Assembly: GCF_018350175.1 (NCBI RefSeq)
Contig: NC_058368.1
Coordinates: 116,128,001 to 116,192,000, forward strand
Direction of reading: 5' to 3'
Length of the DNA stretch: 64,000 nucleotides
Source of the DNA: Felis catus
Taxonomy: Eukaryota
Within the stretch, counting starts at the first letter, position 1. Each line of letters opens with the position of its first letter. Below the pieces are notes generated by a model. The model made no database searches, had not been told where the DNA came from, and saw only the letters and a program-made list of their open reading frames with translations. The translations under genes and the position numbers were made by a program. This document shows positions 11,239 through 24,200 of the stretch, piece by piece.

Positions 11239-12786
11239 CACATCTTCATTATCCATTTATCCATTGATGGACATTTGGGCTCCTTCCATACTTGGGCTAT
11301 TGCTGATAATGCTGCTATAAACATTGGGGTGCATGTGTCCCTTCAAAACAGTATACCTGTATCCCTTGGATAAATACCTAGTAGTGCAAATTGCTGGGTC
11401 GTAGTGTAGTTCTATTTTTAATTTTTTCAGGAAGCTCCATACTGTTTTACAGAGTGGCTGCACCCAGTTTGTATTCCCACCAGCAGCGCAAAATAAGTCC
11501 TCTTTCTCCACATCCTTGCCTGGGGTGTCTGTCAGTGGGCCCGACACAAGCATATGATATCCATGCTTCAGGGAGGCCCTTCTTTTCTAATACAGATCTT
11601 TTCAAAATAAACTTTACATGCAACTCTGGTATGGAAAATAGAATGGTTTGTTGATGGTTTCCTTCATTGTGCAAAAGGTGGTTTTTTTGGTGTGGTCCCA
11701 GTACTTTAATTTTGCTTTTGTTTCTTCCCTTGCCTCAGGAGGCATACCAAAAAAAATGTTGCTAAGGCCACTGTCAGATTACTGCCTGTGTTTTCTTGTA
11801 GTTTTATGATTTCACGTCTCACATTGAGGTCTTTAATCTGAGTTCATTTTTGTTTATGGTGTAAGGACTCGTCAGTTTCATTCTTCTGCATGTTGCTGTC
11901 CAGTTTTCTCAGCACCATTCGCTGAGGAGAATGTCTTTTTTTCATTGTATATTCTTGCCTCCTTTGTTGTAAATTAATTGACCATATACGTGTGGGTTTA
12001 TATCTGAGCTCTCTATTCTGTTCCATTGATCTCTGTGTCTGTTTTTGTGTCAGTACTATATCATTTATTTTACTATATAGCTTTGTGTAGTAGATCTTGA
12101 AATCTAGGATTTTATGTCCAGCTCTGTTCTTTCTCCAGGCTGCTCTGGCTATTTGAGATCTCTGTGGTTCCATACAACTTTTAGTATTATTGTAGTTACG
12201 TGAAAAATGTTGCTGGTATTTTGATAGGGACAGCATTGGATCTGTACATTGCTTTGGATGATAAAGGCTTTTTTAAAAAGATTTAAGTAATCTCTATACC
12301 CAACATGGAGCCCAAACCTACAACCCTGAGATCAGGAGTTGCACACTCCACTGACTGAGCCAGCCAGGCACCCCTGGATAGCATGGACATTTTAACAAAA
12401 GTACTTTTTCTATTGCATGAACATGGAATATCTCTTTGTGTTGTCTTCAGTTTCTTTCATCAGTGTTTATTAGTTTTCAGAGTATAGGTCTTTCACTACC
12501 TTGCTTAGGTTTATTCCTAGGTATTTTATTCAGTATTTTACTATTTTAATTTACCTTACCTGATTACTAGTGACCTTAACATAAAAATAAAAATTTTTGG
12601 TGATTTACAGATCCTGTGATTTTTTTTTTCCTATTGGTTTGTCTTATTGGTTTATAGGGAATCTCTAAATATTCCACACACTAATATTTGTCACTTTGAC
12701 AGGCTTGCCAATATCTTCTCCCTATCTACCTTAGTCTTTTTTATAGTGTACTTTTCTAGTATGAAAGTTTAAGAGAAATTTTATAA

Positions 12787-13210
12787 TTTTTTTTTCAACG
12801 TTTATTTATTTTTTTGGGACAGAGAGAGACAGAGCATGAACGGGGGAGGGGCAGAGAGCCAGGGAGACACAGAATCGGAAACAGGTTCCAGGCTCTGAGC
12901 CATCAGACCAGAGCCTGACGCGGGGCTCGAACTCACGGACCGTGAGATCGTGACCTGGCTGAAGTCGGACGCTTAACCGACTGCGCCACCCAGGCGCCCC
13001 AAAAAGTTTAAGAGAAATTTTAATGTTTGCTTAGCTTTGAAAGAGAGAGACAGAGTATGAGTGGGGGGAGGGGCAGAAAGAGAGAGAGACACAGAATCTG
13101 AAACAGGCTCCAGGCTCCGAGCTGTCAGCACAGAGTCCAACACAGGGCTAGAACTCACAGACTGCAAGAAAAAGTCGGATGCTCAACTGACTGAGCCACC
13201 CAGGTGCCCC
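12787..13210 (-). mobile_element. Young CanSINE (12787-13000) inserted in the tail of an older CanSINE (13018-13210)
   Basis: Nested TSDs aaagtttaagagaaattt and tctagtatgaaagttt. Confidence 0.88.
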
Positions 13211-13849
13211 TCTAGTATGAAAGTTTTTAAATGTCATGTTTATCAATCTTTCCCTTATGCTTTGTGTTGGGTCTTTGAAATATCGTTTTCTATTCCAAGA
13301 TCACAAAGACAAGCATATTACCTTCTAATTTTTTTTTCACATAGTCTTTAGTTGACTTAATTTTAGTTTTGATCATGGTGTTGGTTAGAGTTCTGGTTTT
13401 CTTCTTTTAGTTCCAACATCATTAGGTCATCCTTTCCCCACTGATCTGAAATAAGATTGGTCATATACTAAGTTCCCCTATACGAACAAGCTAGAATCAG
13501 AATGGTTTGGTCCAATAAGCATCTTTCCTACCCTTAGCACATATGTACATATACCTCTTTTTCCTCTTCAGAATTTGCTTGGCTATTCGTGGCCTTTTAC
13601 TCTTTAATCTGGATTCTAGGATGAATGTGTCAATTTCTATAGAAAAGCAACATGTTTGGCTTTAATTGGAAGAGTATGTAAGTTACAGAATAATTGGGAG
13701 AAGAGTTGACATATTTATAGTACTAACTTCCTATCATAAACATGGTATCTCTCCCTTTAGTTGTTTTTATGTCCTCCAGTAAAATCGTATAATTTTCATC
13801 ACATAGCTTTTGCATAGCCTTATGTTGGCTTTTAAAATTGGATTTTTTC

Positions 13850-14073
13850 GGGGCGCCTGGGTGGCGCAGTCGGTTAAGCGTCCGACTTCAGCCAGGTCAC
13901 GATCTCGCGGTCTGTGAGTTTGAGCCCCGCATCGGGCTCTGGGCTGAGGCTCAGAGCCTGGAGCCTGTTTCCAATTCTGTGTCTCCCTCTCTCTCTGCCC
14001 CTCCCCCGTTCATGCTCTGTCTCTCTCTGTCCCAAAAATAAATAAACGTTGAAAAAAAAAAAAAAAAAAAAAA
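13850..14073 (+). mobile_element. Young SINEC_Fc-like CanSINE
   Basis: Near consensus, long A tail, flanking repeat tttaaaattggattttttc (13831-13849, 14074-14092). Confidence 0.93.
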
Positions 14074-14596
14074 TTTAAAATTGGATTTTTTCTGAGGTAC
14101 ATTAGTTTTAATGGATTTTTTGGATTGCGGATGGATTCTTTTTAAAAAAATATTACATTTCTGGTGAAAATAATTTCTACACTCCAGTAGGATCATAGAT
14201 GAGAAGATTCTAACCCAGTTTTATCACAGCATTGCCTTGGGGTACTTTCTTTTCTTTTTTTTAATTTTAAGTTTTTAATTTACATCCAAGTTAGCATATA
14301 GTGCAACAATGATTTCAGGAGTAGATTCCTTAATGCTCCTTACCCATTTAGCCCATCCCTCCTCCCACAACCCACTTTATTTTTATTTAAAAAAAATTTT
14401 TTTTTTCTTAAATAATCTCTATGCCCAACTTGCGGCTCAAACTCAACCTCAAGGTCATTAGTCACATGCTCTACCAACTGAGCCAGCCAGACACCCCCCA
14501 CCCTGTTTGGGACACTTTAAACTGTGGGAAGAGGAGTTCTTCAATACACACCATGCATACTCCTGGGGAACCACCACCAGTCTACAAGGAGCAACA

Positions 14597-15730
14597 TTCA
14601 TTCATTCACTAAATGCTGACCATTTCCATTGTGTTAGGTAATTGACCACACAGAAGAGACCCCCTCCCTGCCATCATGGAGCTTCTTTCCATTCTAGGAA
14701 AGGAACCAGACATTAAATAATCCCCCAGGTAATACTTAATATTCTTCTTTCCTACAAAGAGAAGATACATACTGCCATGAAAACATAAAGCGGGGGGGGG
14801 GGGGGGGGGGAGTGCTTCTTGAATAGTCTGGGAGAGATCTGAAAGACAAATAGGTGTTAATAGGCAAAATGGTTGTACAAAGAGCAGGAGCAGAGGCCCA
14901 GTGGCAGGAGAGAACATGACTCATTTTGAGAAATCAGAAGAGGAAATCAGCATGGCAGAAAACAGTGGGATGTTGGGGACAGATGAGAAACGGGCAAGAG
15001 CAAGACAAGGGGCTCCTAATCCCAGTTAAACATTTTAGTTTTTGTTCTGTGAGAGGTGGGAAGCCACTGAAGGGTGTTAAAGGGATGACATGACCAAACT
15101 GGCATTTTTAAGAGATCCCTTTGGCTTCCATATATAGAATGATTTGGACAGGGCATAGGTTCACATGAATGCATCTGAGATATTTGGAAGTAAAATCAAG
15201 AGGAGGTGGTGATGGATTGGATATGGGGATTGAAGGAGAAAGGCACAGTCAGGGATGACTCCTAAGCTTCTGAGGAACTGGATGCCTAGGGTTTGTGGAT
15301 GTTGGGAACAAAAGAAAGGTACTCTAATTGGGAGGAAGAAAACCATGTTGGGCTCTGAACATGTTGGGTTAGATGGAGGTGTCAAGACGTCAATGAGACA
15401 TTCCAGTGGAGATGTCAGGTAAGCAGCTGCATACCCCTGGACCTTAGAGGAGAGGTTGGGCTGGATATAGCGCCATGGAAAGCACTGGCATGTTGGTGGT
15501 AATAGGAGCTGTGGGCGTGAATGAGGTCAAGGTGGGTAGGGAAAAGAGGTGGCAGTGGAGGACTGAGCTTTAAGGAAAACCAGCTTGGACCTATAGGTGT
15601 TGAAACCTACAAAGGAGTCGGGTATGGAAAACCAGGAGAATGGGGTGTCCTTGAAGTAGAGAAGAATGTGTATTAAGAGAAAGGAAGTGATGAGTTACCA
15701 TCAAATGTTGCTGGAAGGTCCGGTAAGGTA
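14597..15730 (-). mobile_element. L2 LINE relic
   Basis: (cattcatt) 3' tail and purine-rich L2 body motifs (gggaagccactgaaggg, tggattggatatgggg). Confidence 0.75.
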
Positions 15731-15747
15731 AGAATTCACGATGTCCA

Positions 15748-15966
15748 GGGTACCTGTGGTGGCTCAGTCAGTTGAATGTCCAGCTCTTGAATTTGGCTCA
15801 AGTCATGATCCCAGAGATGTGCGACTGAGCCGCTTGCCAGGCTCTGTGCTGAGCATGGAGCCTGCTTGAAATTCTTAATCTCTTTCTCTCTCTCCCCCCT
15901 CCACCTCTGCCCATTTCCCCCCATTGGCATGTTCTCTCTCCAAAAAACAAAAACAAAAACAAAAAC
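15748..15966 (+). mobile_element. CanSINE (older)
   Basis: SINE head, CT tract and (CAAAAA)n tail. Confidence 0.85.
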
Positions 15967-16649
15967 CCACTTGGACTTAGTCACACTATTGTCACTGAGG
16001 GGTGGGGTGGGTTTCTCTCTAGTTCCTTTTCTTTGAAGGACACCAACAGGGAAAGACAGGACTGCTAGGACCAGCGAACAGGGTTCCTTCGGTATGGAGG
16101 AAGGTGGATATTTGTGTAGGCCTGAAAAAGAGGAGTCCAGAGGTGCAAAGAACCAGCTGGGGCATGAAGGCTTGGAACCCCAGCCACACTGGAAGCAGTA
16201 AAATTTCATGCAGTAAGATATCAAGTTCTAGAAATGCCAGGCACCATGTAAGCAGGTCAGGCTACTGACAGAGGAAACCTTGCTCCTCAAGCAAATTGGG
16301 GTGTTTGCCTTCAGGGAGGCCCTTCTTTTCTAATACAGATCTTTTTTTTTTTCATTGCCTCCCAAGTTTGAGGAATCTAATACAGATCTTTTCAAAAGAA
16401 ACGTTACAAACAATTCTAGTATGGAAAATAGAATCTGTGCAATTGCTATTGAGGCAAGGAGGCACTTCCTGCCTTTTTATGGGATCCCAAGGACCTGAGG
16501 AATAGATTTGAAAGCCTTTGGTCTTTCCAGGTTTTCCAGTATATTTGGCAAAGGGAGATTTAGTTTGGGTGGGTTTTGCCCTGGAATGTCCCTCTGCGAT
16601 ACTGCCTTGCAAATAAAATCATCAGTGTGTAACTGCTAGTATATTTGTT

Positions 16650-17900
16650 AAGTTCTGGTGGGTACTTGATTTAAGGATAGCATTCCATTGTATAGAGATA
16701 CCATTTTATTCACCTCTTGATGGACATTTGGGTTATTTCCACTTTTTGGTAATTGCAAATTTATGTACAAGTTTTTGTATGAACATAAGATTTCATTTCT
16801 CTAAGGTAAATACCTACAAATGGAATTTCTGGATCATGTGATTAAGTGTATGTTTAACTTTAAACTGCTACAGTTTTTGTGTGACCGGGTTTTCTTTTCT
16901 CAAAGGTGAATAACCAGCAGTGGAATTTCTGGATCATATGATTAAGTGTATGTTTAACTTTAAACAGCTACTATTTTTCAGAGTGGCTGTATCATTTTGC
17001 ATTTCCATCAGCAATAACTGACAGTTCGAGTTGCTCTGTGTCCTAGCCAGTACTTGATGGTGTATTTTTTTTTTTAAGCCATTCTCATAGGTGTATAGTG
17101 GTATTTCATTTTGGCTTTAATTTGCATTTGTTAAAAGGCTAATGATGTTTTCATGTACTTAAATGCCCTCCTTCTATCCTCTTTGGTGAAGTATTGGAGT
17201 CCTTTGGCCACTTCTAAATGGAGCTGTTTTATTACTGTGGAGTGTTTTTCAAGAGTCTTTAGATAAAGTAAATACAAGTCTTCTGTGGGATTGTATTTGC
17301 AAGTATTTTTTCCCCAGTCTGTGGCTCGTCTTTTCATCCCCTCAAGTGTCTTCCACAGAGAAAAAGGCTTTAGTTTTGATGAAATCCAATTTTTCATTTT
17401 TTCTTCTTTTGTAGAGCATGCTTTTGGCATCAGGTCTGAGAAGTCTCCCTATCCCTGGTCATGAAGATTGTCTTCTGTTTTCTTCTAGTGTTTGGTTTTA
17501 TGTTTTACATTTAGATCTGTGATCCATTTTGGATTCTTACATAAAATGTGAGGTTTAAAATGTTTTTCATGCTAGTTTTTTCATTTGTTTGAAAAGACTG
17601 TCCTTTCTCCATTGAATTGCTTTTCCATATTTGTCATAAATTGACTGGCCATGTTTATGTGGGTCTGGTACTGTCCTCTCTCCTGTTCCCTTGATCTTTG
17701 TGTCATTCCCTTTGCCAATACCCTGTCTTGACTACTGTAGCTTGATATTCAACCTTAAGATAGTCTAACTCCTCCAACTTTGTCAAAATTGTTTTAGTTA
17801 TTCTAGTTCTTTGGCCTTTCTACAAATTTTAGAATCAGTTTAAAAAAGGTGTGATGGGATTTTTTTTTTATTATTATTATAATTGCATTAAATCTTTAGA
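16650..17900 (-). mobile_element. Old L1 (ORF2 3' end and 3'UTR) fragment
   Basis: L1 motifs; minus ORF 17131-17430 resembles decayed ORF2 (MKRRATDWGK). Confidence 0.82.
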
Positions 17901-20900
17901 TCGTTACAGGGCCTGATGAGTATTTAAATGAGATTGCATGGGGTGGCTTGGGTAGCTAAGTGTGTGACTCTTGATTTCACTTGAGGTCATGATCTCACAC
18001 AGTTTGATAGATGGAGCCCCACATCCAACTCTTGTGCTCACAGCTTGGAGCCTGCTTGGGATTCTCTCTCTCAAAATAAACTTAAAAAAAATTTTTTAAA
18101 GGATATTGCTTGCTCTTAGGTGCTATATAACCTTTAATGACATAAGGCAGCCTCGTCCTTCATTAGCTGTGTGGTGATTATTCCAGAGTTAAAGCCCTGG
18201 GTTATAATTGATTATAGTAGTGTCTTCTGAAGTCTGGCAGGAAATGAGGTGTGGTCTACATAATAGTGGCTAGGAAAAGACAACCAGAACATTGAAGGGC
18301 TTGGGCAGGTCAGCCATCATCATTCACAACTTGATCTTTGTAGACCTCTTCCCCTGTTCATGCCCATGGTTCTCCTGGTCTGAGGCAGTGGTATAGACTT
18401 TTAGTGGAAGAGTGGGGTGCCAAGGAATCGGCTGTTGCTTGTGTTGTCATCTTGTTTATTCCTTCCCATTAGAGACCTTCAGTCCCCTCCCCAGTTTCTT
18501 GGCTGTCTTCAGAAAAAAGAAAAACTCAGGCTTCCCAACTCCTAGTCTTTTAAATGTGTACATCCTTTCCTCCTTAACCATCGTTTCATATTGTTTCATA
18601 TCCTGTTCTTCTGTGGACCTGTGTGTCTCCATTGTCTTAATGACAGCCACAAACTCCTCCTATCTAACAGGCAAATGCTCAAATGTACTAATGAAATGTT
18701 TCCAAATATTGCACCCTCTCTGGTCTCTGAGGGGTCTTAACAGCTGAGGTGTTAGTGTTCTGCCTCCCTAGCCCCCAGGCATATACACAGCCCCTTGCCT
18801 CTTCTCTGGCCATTTCCCCTTTTCTTTGAGCAGCTGTGCTTTGCAGTGACTGCCAGTGTCCCTGCTTTTGTCTTCCTGTGATGACTTGGGGACACACACA
18901 CACACACACACACACACCCCAATGTGAAGGTGGATTGGCTGGAGGAGCCCCTGCTTGCACAGAGACCCAGAATAAGAAAACCTAGATTTCCGGTGATTTC
19001 TTCCATAGGACGTCATCTTATTGTGGCTCCTACGTCAGTCCTCTTCCCTCTTTAGCTTGATGCCAGGCCCTGGGCCAAGCACTTTATTTGCTTATGTTTT
19101 TGTCAGAAAACCTAGACTCTTAGATACTACTGCCCCCTCCCTCATTTTGCAAGTGAGAAGACTGGGACGCAGAGAACACAACCAGTCAGCGGCAGCTTCA
19201 GGATTGGAACTTGGTCATTGCCCCTCTGGAACCCATGTACACAGCCACTGTCCTTAGAGAACAGTCATCTCTCCTTGCCCACCCCCTGGAAGCACCTCCC
19301 TCTGCGCCAGCACACCCGCTTGCTGCCTGCCTGCCTGGGGACTGCAAACTCAAGTGTGAAGAAGGTCCCTGAAATTCACTCTGCCTCCTAGTCAGTCAAC
19401 TGCTGACCACGTCTTTCTGAAGTAGTGGACTCGACTATCTTGGGGACACACTCTGGAACAGGGCAAGGACTAGATCTTGCTCTCCCAACACAGACCGTGG
19501 ATTTTTGAGGGAGAGCAGGGCCCAAAGAAAGGCCTTTCACCCCTCCATACACAGCCACATTTCAGGTCATTTGGAGCCAGGCTTCCTATCTGATTTGAAG
19601 TGAGACTAACTGATACGCAAAGGAGGCAGGAAGGCCGGGGGAGAAGCCATGACCTGCCTTTCATTCATTCTGTGACCTCAGTCAAGTTACTTCCCTTCTT
19701 TGAGCTCAGCATTCTTTTGCCACAAAATAACTGGCCAACCTGATCCCCAAGGATCAGTGGCCCCAGCAGGTCCAGCCCAAGGATAAGGCCACAGGAGGTG
19801 GTGGCACTGCAGTCCTACTTGTCAGACAGGCACAATGTGTCCAAATGTGGTTGTTTTTGTGGTTTATGGAAAAAAATTTTTTTATCAGGTCTGTGGTTTA
19901 TGCGACTGATAGGGAGGTGGACAGGGCTAGCATGCTGGCCTGGTGACTGAGCCACAGGGGGTTGGGGGCTTGGAGGACTGGGGCTCCTTAGACCCTTGTC
20001 ACTCAGAAGGTTCCATCTTGGTTTTGTCTAGCCACTGCTTCCTTCACAGGATGGTGGCAAGTGCACTTCTGAGATCTCCAAACACCCGCCTTCATGGAGG
20101 TCAGCAGGCTCTCTCACCTTGTTGTACCAATCCACATACACACCTGGCACTCGATGCCTAAAGAATGATGGATGATGGGCTTCATGGGCACTTGGATGGC
20201 AGTCAGTAGCTACATGGGTGGGTGGGTGAACTGGTTGCAGTTGTCTCCCATACCAAAGTACCTGGTGTGGGTATCCTGGAAGACTTAATTTCACAGACAG
20301 GGCTGCCAGAACTAGAGGCACAGGAGGAGGAGGAGGCGTGAGGAGCAGAGTGGGCCGAGAGGCCTGGGGACGTCATGAGCTTAGCCCCGCAAAGACAGCT
20401 GCTATTGCAGAGCCTAAGCCAGGGCTCTGGCCGTACCAGACCCACATCCTGCCTGTGGAGGAAGACGAAAGTAGGCATTTTCCCAACCTTTCCTGCTTTT
20501 AACCTTGAAACGCCAATGAAAACTGTACCGCCTCATTTGCCTTCACCATTTCTAATCACCCTTCACCCATCACCATTCCCCTTAGCATACGTACCTGGGC
20601 TCTGAGAGCAGGTGGCACAGTGGTAGTGCCTTTGAGACATCTTTTCTCACCCGTGCATCCCTGTGTGCCAAATAATAAATAATCTTGCTGCACATGCACA
20701 TCCAAGGATAGGTGAAATGAGTCCTCAGCAAATTGTGTGCTTTCCTCTCTGCTGCTTACAAGAACAGGATCCATCCCTATGGCTATCTTGAGATTTTTGC
20801 TCATTGCTAAATTGCTTAAAGATCTTGGTGTGAGCAGTAGGAGGGCTCTTCTGGCATCGTCTGATACCTCCTGGGAGACTGGCTGCCTTCTGTTGGTCTA

Positions 20901-23900
20901 GATTCTCAAGACTGGGCAAGGGCAGCTGAGTACAGACTACAAGCTTCCTGCCTCTGGCAAAGCCACCATCTCTGCTGAGGGCACTTCCTGGGAGCTCCAG
21001 TGGCCATGGTAGTCTCAGTGGTTGAGGAGCAGTCCTGGGTGTCCATCAGTGATGTGGGCTGTGAGGCCAGGGGGCAGCCTCCTAGTTGCTGGAGTGTTAA
21101 AAGGCCCAGACATGAGAACTCTCTGGGAGACTCCAGTCTTTTTGTTTGCTTCTCCTTATGATCTCTCCCAGGTTGGGACTGTTTACAGATGCACACACAA
21201 AAAGGGAGGGCCTAATAAGACTGTATCACCAATTCAAAACGCTTGATTAATCATTTAAAATGTCTGGGCTGTGCCAAGTGAAGGTTTCAGATTCCAGGAC
21301 AGGGGTGATTGAGGAATTGGAGCCTTTAGCTGAGAAGGCCTCTGCTCAAATTTCTTGCAGGTCTTCTCTGCCCTGGCCCTTCTGCCTGGCGCTCCACATG
21401 CCCACTGCTGCCCAGAAGTAGGTTTCTGAGTAGCACGTCAATGGCCCCACGAGGCTTGTACAATACAGCAGTCCCAAACTTGGGACTGCTGGTTGGCGAG
21501 TCTGGTGACTCTGGAAAAGACCCCAGGGCTTGGTGGGCAGGTTGTTGGACATGGGGGGCTGCAGGCATGCTTCCAAGTGTCTTCCATCTGTCTTCAACTG
21601 CTTCCGGCACCGAGTCAAGAAAGGTTGGTGGGAGACTTTCTTAGAAGCTACTCAGCTCCTTCCAAAGACACCCTGCACCCAAGACTAACCTAGGCCTTTC
21701 TGACGTATTCCGGGTCTTGGGGTCACACCTGTGTGCATGTACACCCCTCCCTGCACATTCCACCAACCCTCTTCACTACCATCAAGCACACAGCACTTCT
21801 GCACTTGGATTCAGGTGGCAAAGCTCTGAGTAGCTGCTCCTCATTGAGGGTCACTGCCAAAGGGCTATCTGGGAGTAAGAGAAGCTGGTGAGGGGAACCC
21901 CTAGGGCTAGGTCAGAGGTAGGAGTTTGGTGGCATTGGCAGGGAGATACCAAATGCAAGTGGGGAGGGTTGGCCTTTTGGCTGAGGTGAATATAAGCCAG
22001 TCCATAAGGCCCTGCCTGCATCCATCAGAAAAAGGTAGAGCCCAGCCCCTGGCCCCAGGCTGGCCCCAGGGCAGGCATATGATCTGTAAGAAGCAGCTCA
22101 ATCTGAGCGGCACCTACAGGCACCAGAACCTGCCTCCCAACCTGAGCAGACTGCTGAACTGCCTGGAAGGGCAATCTTCCAGTTGGTCCAGGAGTTGCAG
22201 AGATGGTACAGTTTCTCTGTACTGCTCCTCCAGCTTCCTCTAATGTTTAACATCTTGTGTAACCATGGTGCTGCCCCCTTTTTATACCCTGCTTGCCAGT
22301 AGAGGCCAGTTGCCAGGGGGGTATGAACACCTGTGTTGGAATCGTCTTTGACACAGCTCCTGCCTGGTGACCAGCACTGTCAGTGATGCTTCAGTGCACA
22401 CAAGTCCCCTGGCTTCAAGTACCCAGGGAGTTGGGCAGAGTGTGCTGCATACTAGCTGACCAGTCATCCGGGGCAGTGTAGGAGCTCCCGGGCAGATGGA
22501 TCCACTGAGGGGCAGAGTAGGGGGAGAGCAGTAAGGCCCCCTGGGTGGGGTGGGGTGGTCCTGGGGCTGACTGGGCCATGCTGCTCAGTGCAGGAGGCAG
22601 CCTCTGGACATGCAGGACCTCACACCCGCCATGTAGGTAGGGCATCTAGGAAGATACAGTTGTATGCCATTCCTGGACCACATGGGGGAGGGGTGCCAGG
22701 AGGAACTGTGAGGCCTCAAGGGCTTTCTCCTGGGCCACTCCAACCTCCAGACCTACTCTCCACACCCTCTTCCTCCCCCTACTTTTCCAATAGTTTGGGG
22801 TCAGAGGTTCTGTCATCAGTTAATGGCAAAGAGAAGGTCAAAAGGGCTTTGGAAGACTTGGTAATCCAGGGAATAACTGACAGGGATTCTAACGTATGCA
22901 CCAGCACCAACTGCCCCACCTGAGGTTGACACAGCCCTTTGGTTTGAAGTGTTCTGTCCTGTAGCCAGATTGATTTCTTCCCTCTATAAACACTGTGAGT
23001 ATTGCCCCAGGTTTTGGAGCTTGTCATATGAAAGAAGGCTTGGCAAGGACAAACTTGACTAAACTGAAGGAGAAAGGTGTTAGAGAAAGCAAGTCCGGGA
23101 CATTTATTTCCCTGATGAAGCTCTGTGGTAAAACAGGAGTAGGCACAGGGCCAAGGAAAAGCAGTGAGGAAGACAGGTGTCCCGATACCTGTATCACAGG
23201 TTTGTGAACACTGAGTGGTACTGTATACAGAAGGCCCTTGGCACAGGTCCCACAATTGTGATCTCAACAAATGGTAGTTTAAGAGAGGCTGCAGGACCTC
23301 TCACATGGCAACTGGGCTGGGTCTCAGGACTGCATTAAGCAGACTGGTTGTAAAACTGGCAGGAGAGAGGGTCCTTCTGTCCCCAGGCAGCAGAGCCAGC
23401 CCTCCAGCAGGGACAATAAATGGTAAGGAATTATTCCAGGGTGTCTGCACCTAGTTGTGTTGTTTCCCTGTCGGAAGCTGCCCACTGCAGGATCAGGGGA
23501 GGCCGGGGACTTGGGTCAGGTCATCTAGGCAGACAGCAGGTGAAAGCCGTTGCCTAGGACTTTCCTGCCAAGGTGACCCCCGGGTCCGGACTGCCCAGGC
23601 CTTTCATGGGTGGGGTGGGCTCTGGTGTGAAGACCGTCCTCGAGCCCATTCAGTCCTGTGCTTATCCTGGCTTGCCAGAGCCCTGGGTTCAGACCCTGTG
23701 CCTGCCTCAGGTGATAATGTGTGCTTGAACAAGAGACACTTCTAAGCCTTGTGTTTCTTACCGGTGAAATAGAAATGATGGTATTATCTATAGTCAGGTA
23801 CTACTGTTAAGACTAGATCAGGTAATGCACCTTATAAATGGGCTGTCTTCTCTTTCACTAGGCTTTCCCCGGGGCTGGGTGTTGTCTGCCAGACCTTAGA

Positions 23901-24026
23901 ACAGTGTTGCTTGTGTTGCTGAGCCAGGTCAGATGAAAGCAGCTGACCTGAAAGTTGTGCCACAGGAGAAAGAGAGGCCTGTGGATGGCACCGCCTCAAT
24001 GGGACAGCTTGGAAAAGCTCAGTACT

Positions 24027-24200
24027 GGGGCTCCTGGGTGGCTCAGTCAGTTAGGCATCTGACTCTTGATTTAAGTTCAGGTCATGATCTCATGGTTTGG
24101 GAGTTCGAGCCGCGCATCCAGCTCTGTGCTACCAGCTTGGGATTCTCTCTCCCTCTCTCTCAAAATAAACAAACATTAAAAAAAAACAACAAAAAAAACC
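24027..24200 (+). mobile_element. CanSINE
   Basis: SINE head and A tail. Confidence 0.88.

Larger units (their letters stand above)
7856..13830 (-). mobile_element. Stack of nested antisense L1 fragments (several 3'UTRs plus ORF2 3' relics) interrupted by CanSINEs
   Basis: Recurrent L1 motifs (ctgacttatttcactta, gatggacatttggg, ctccatactgtttt, taattgaccata) near 8180, 10015 and 11070; minus-strand ORF fragments such as WKEPKCPSMDKWI. Confidence 0.88.

Noticed and set aside
18412..18747. ORF with a GCCLCC motif
   Set aside because: No similarity to the CYSTM exon beyond cysteines; no splice context
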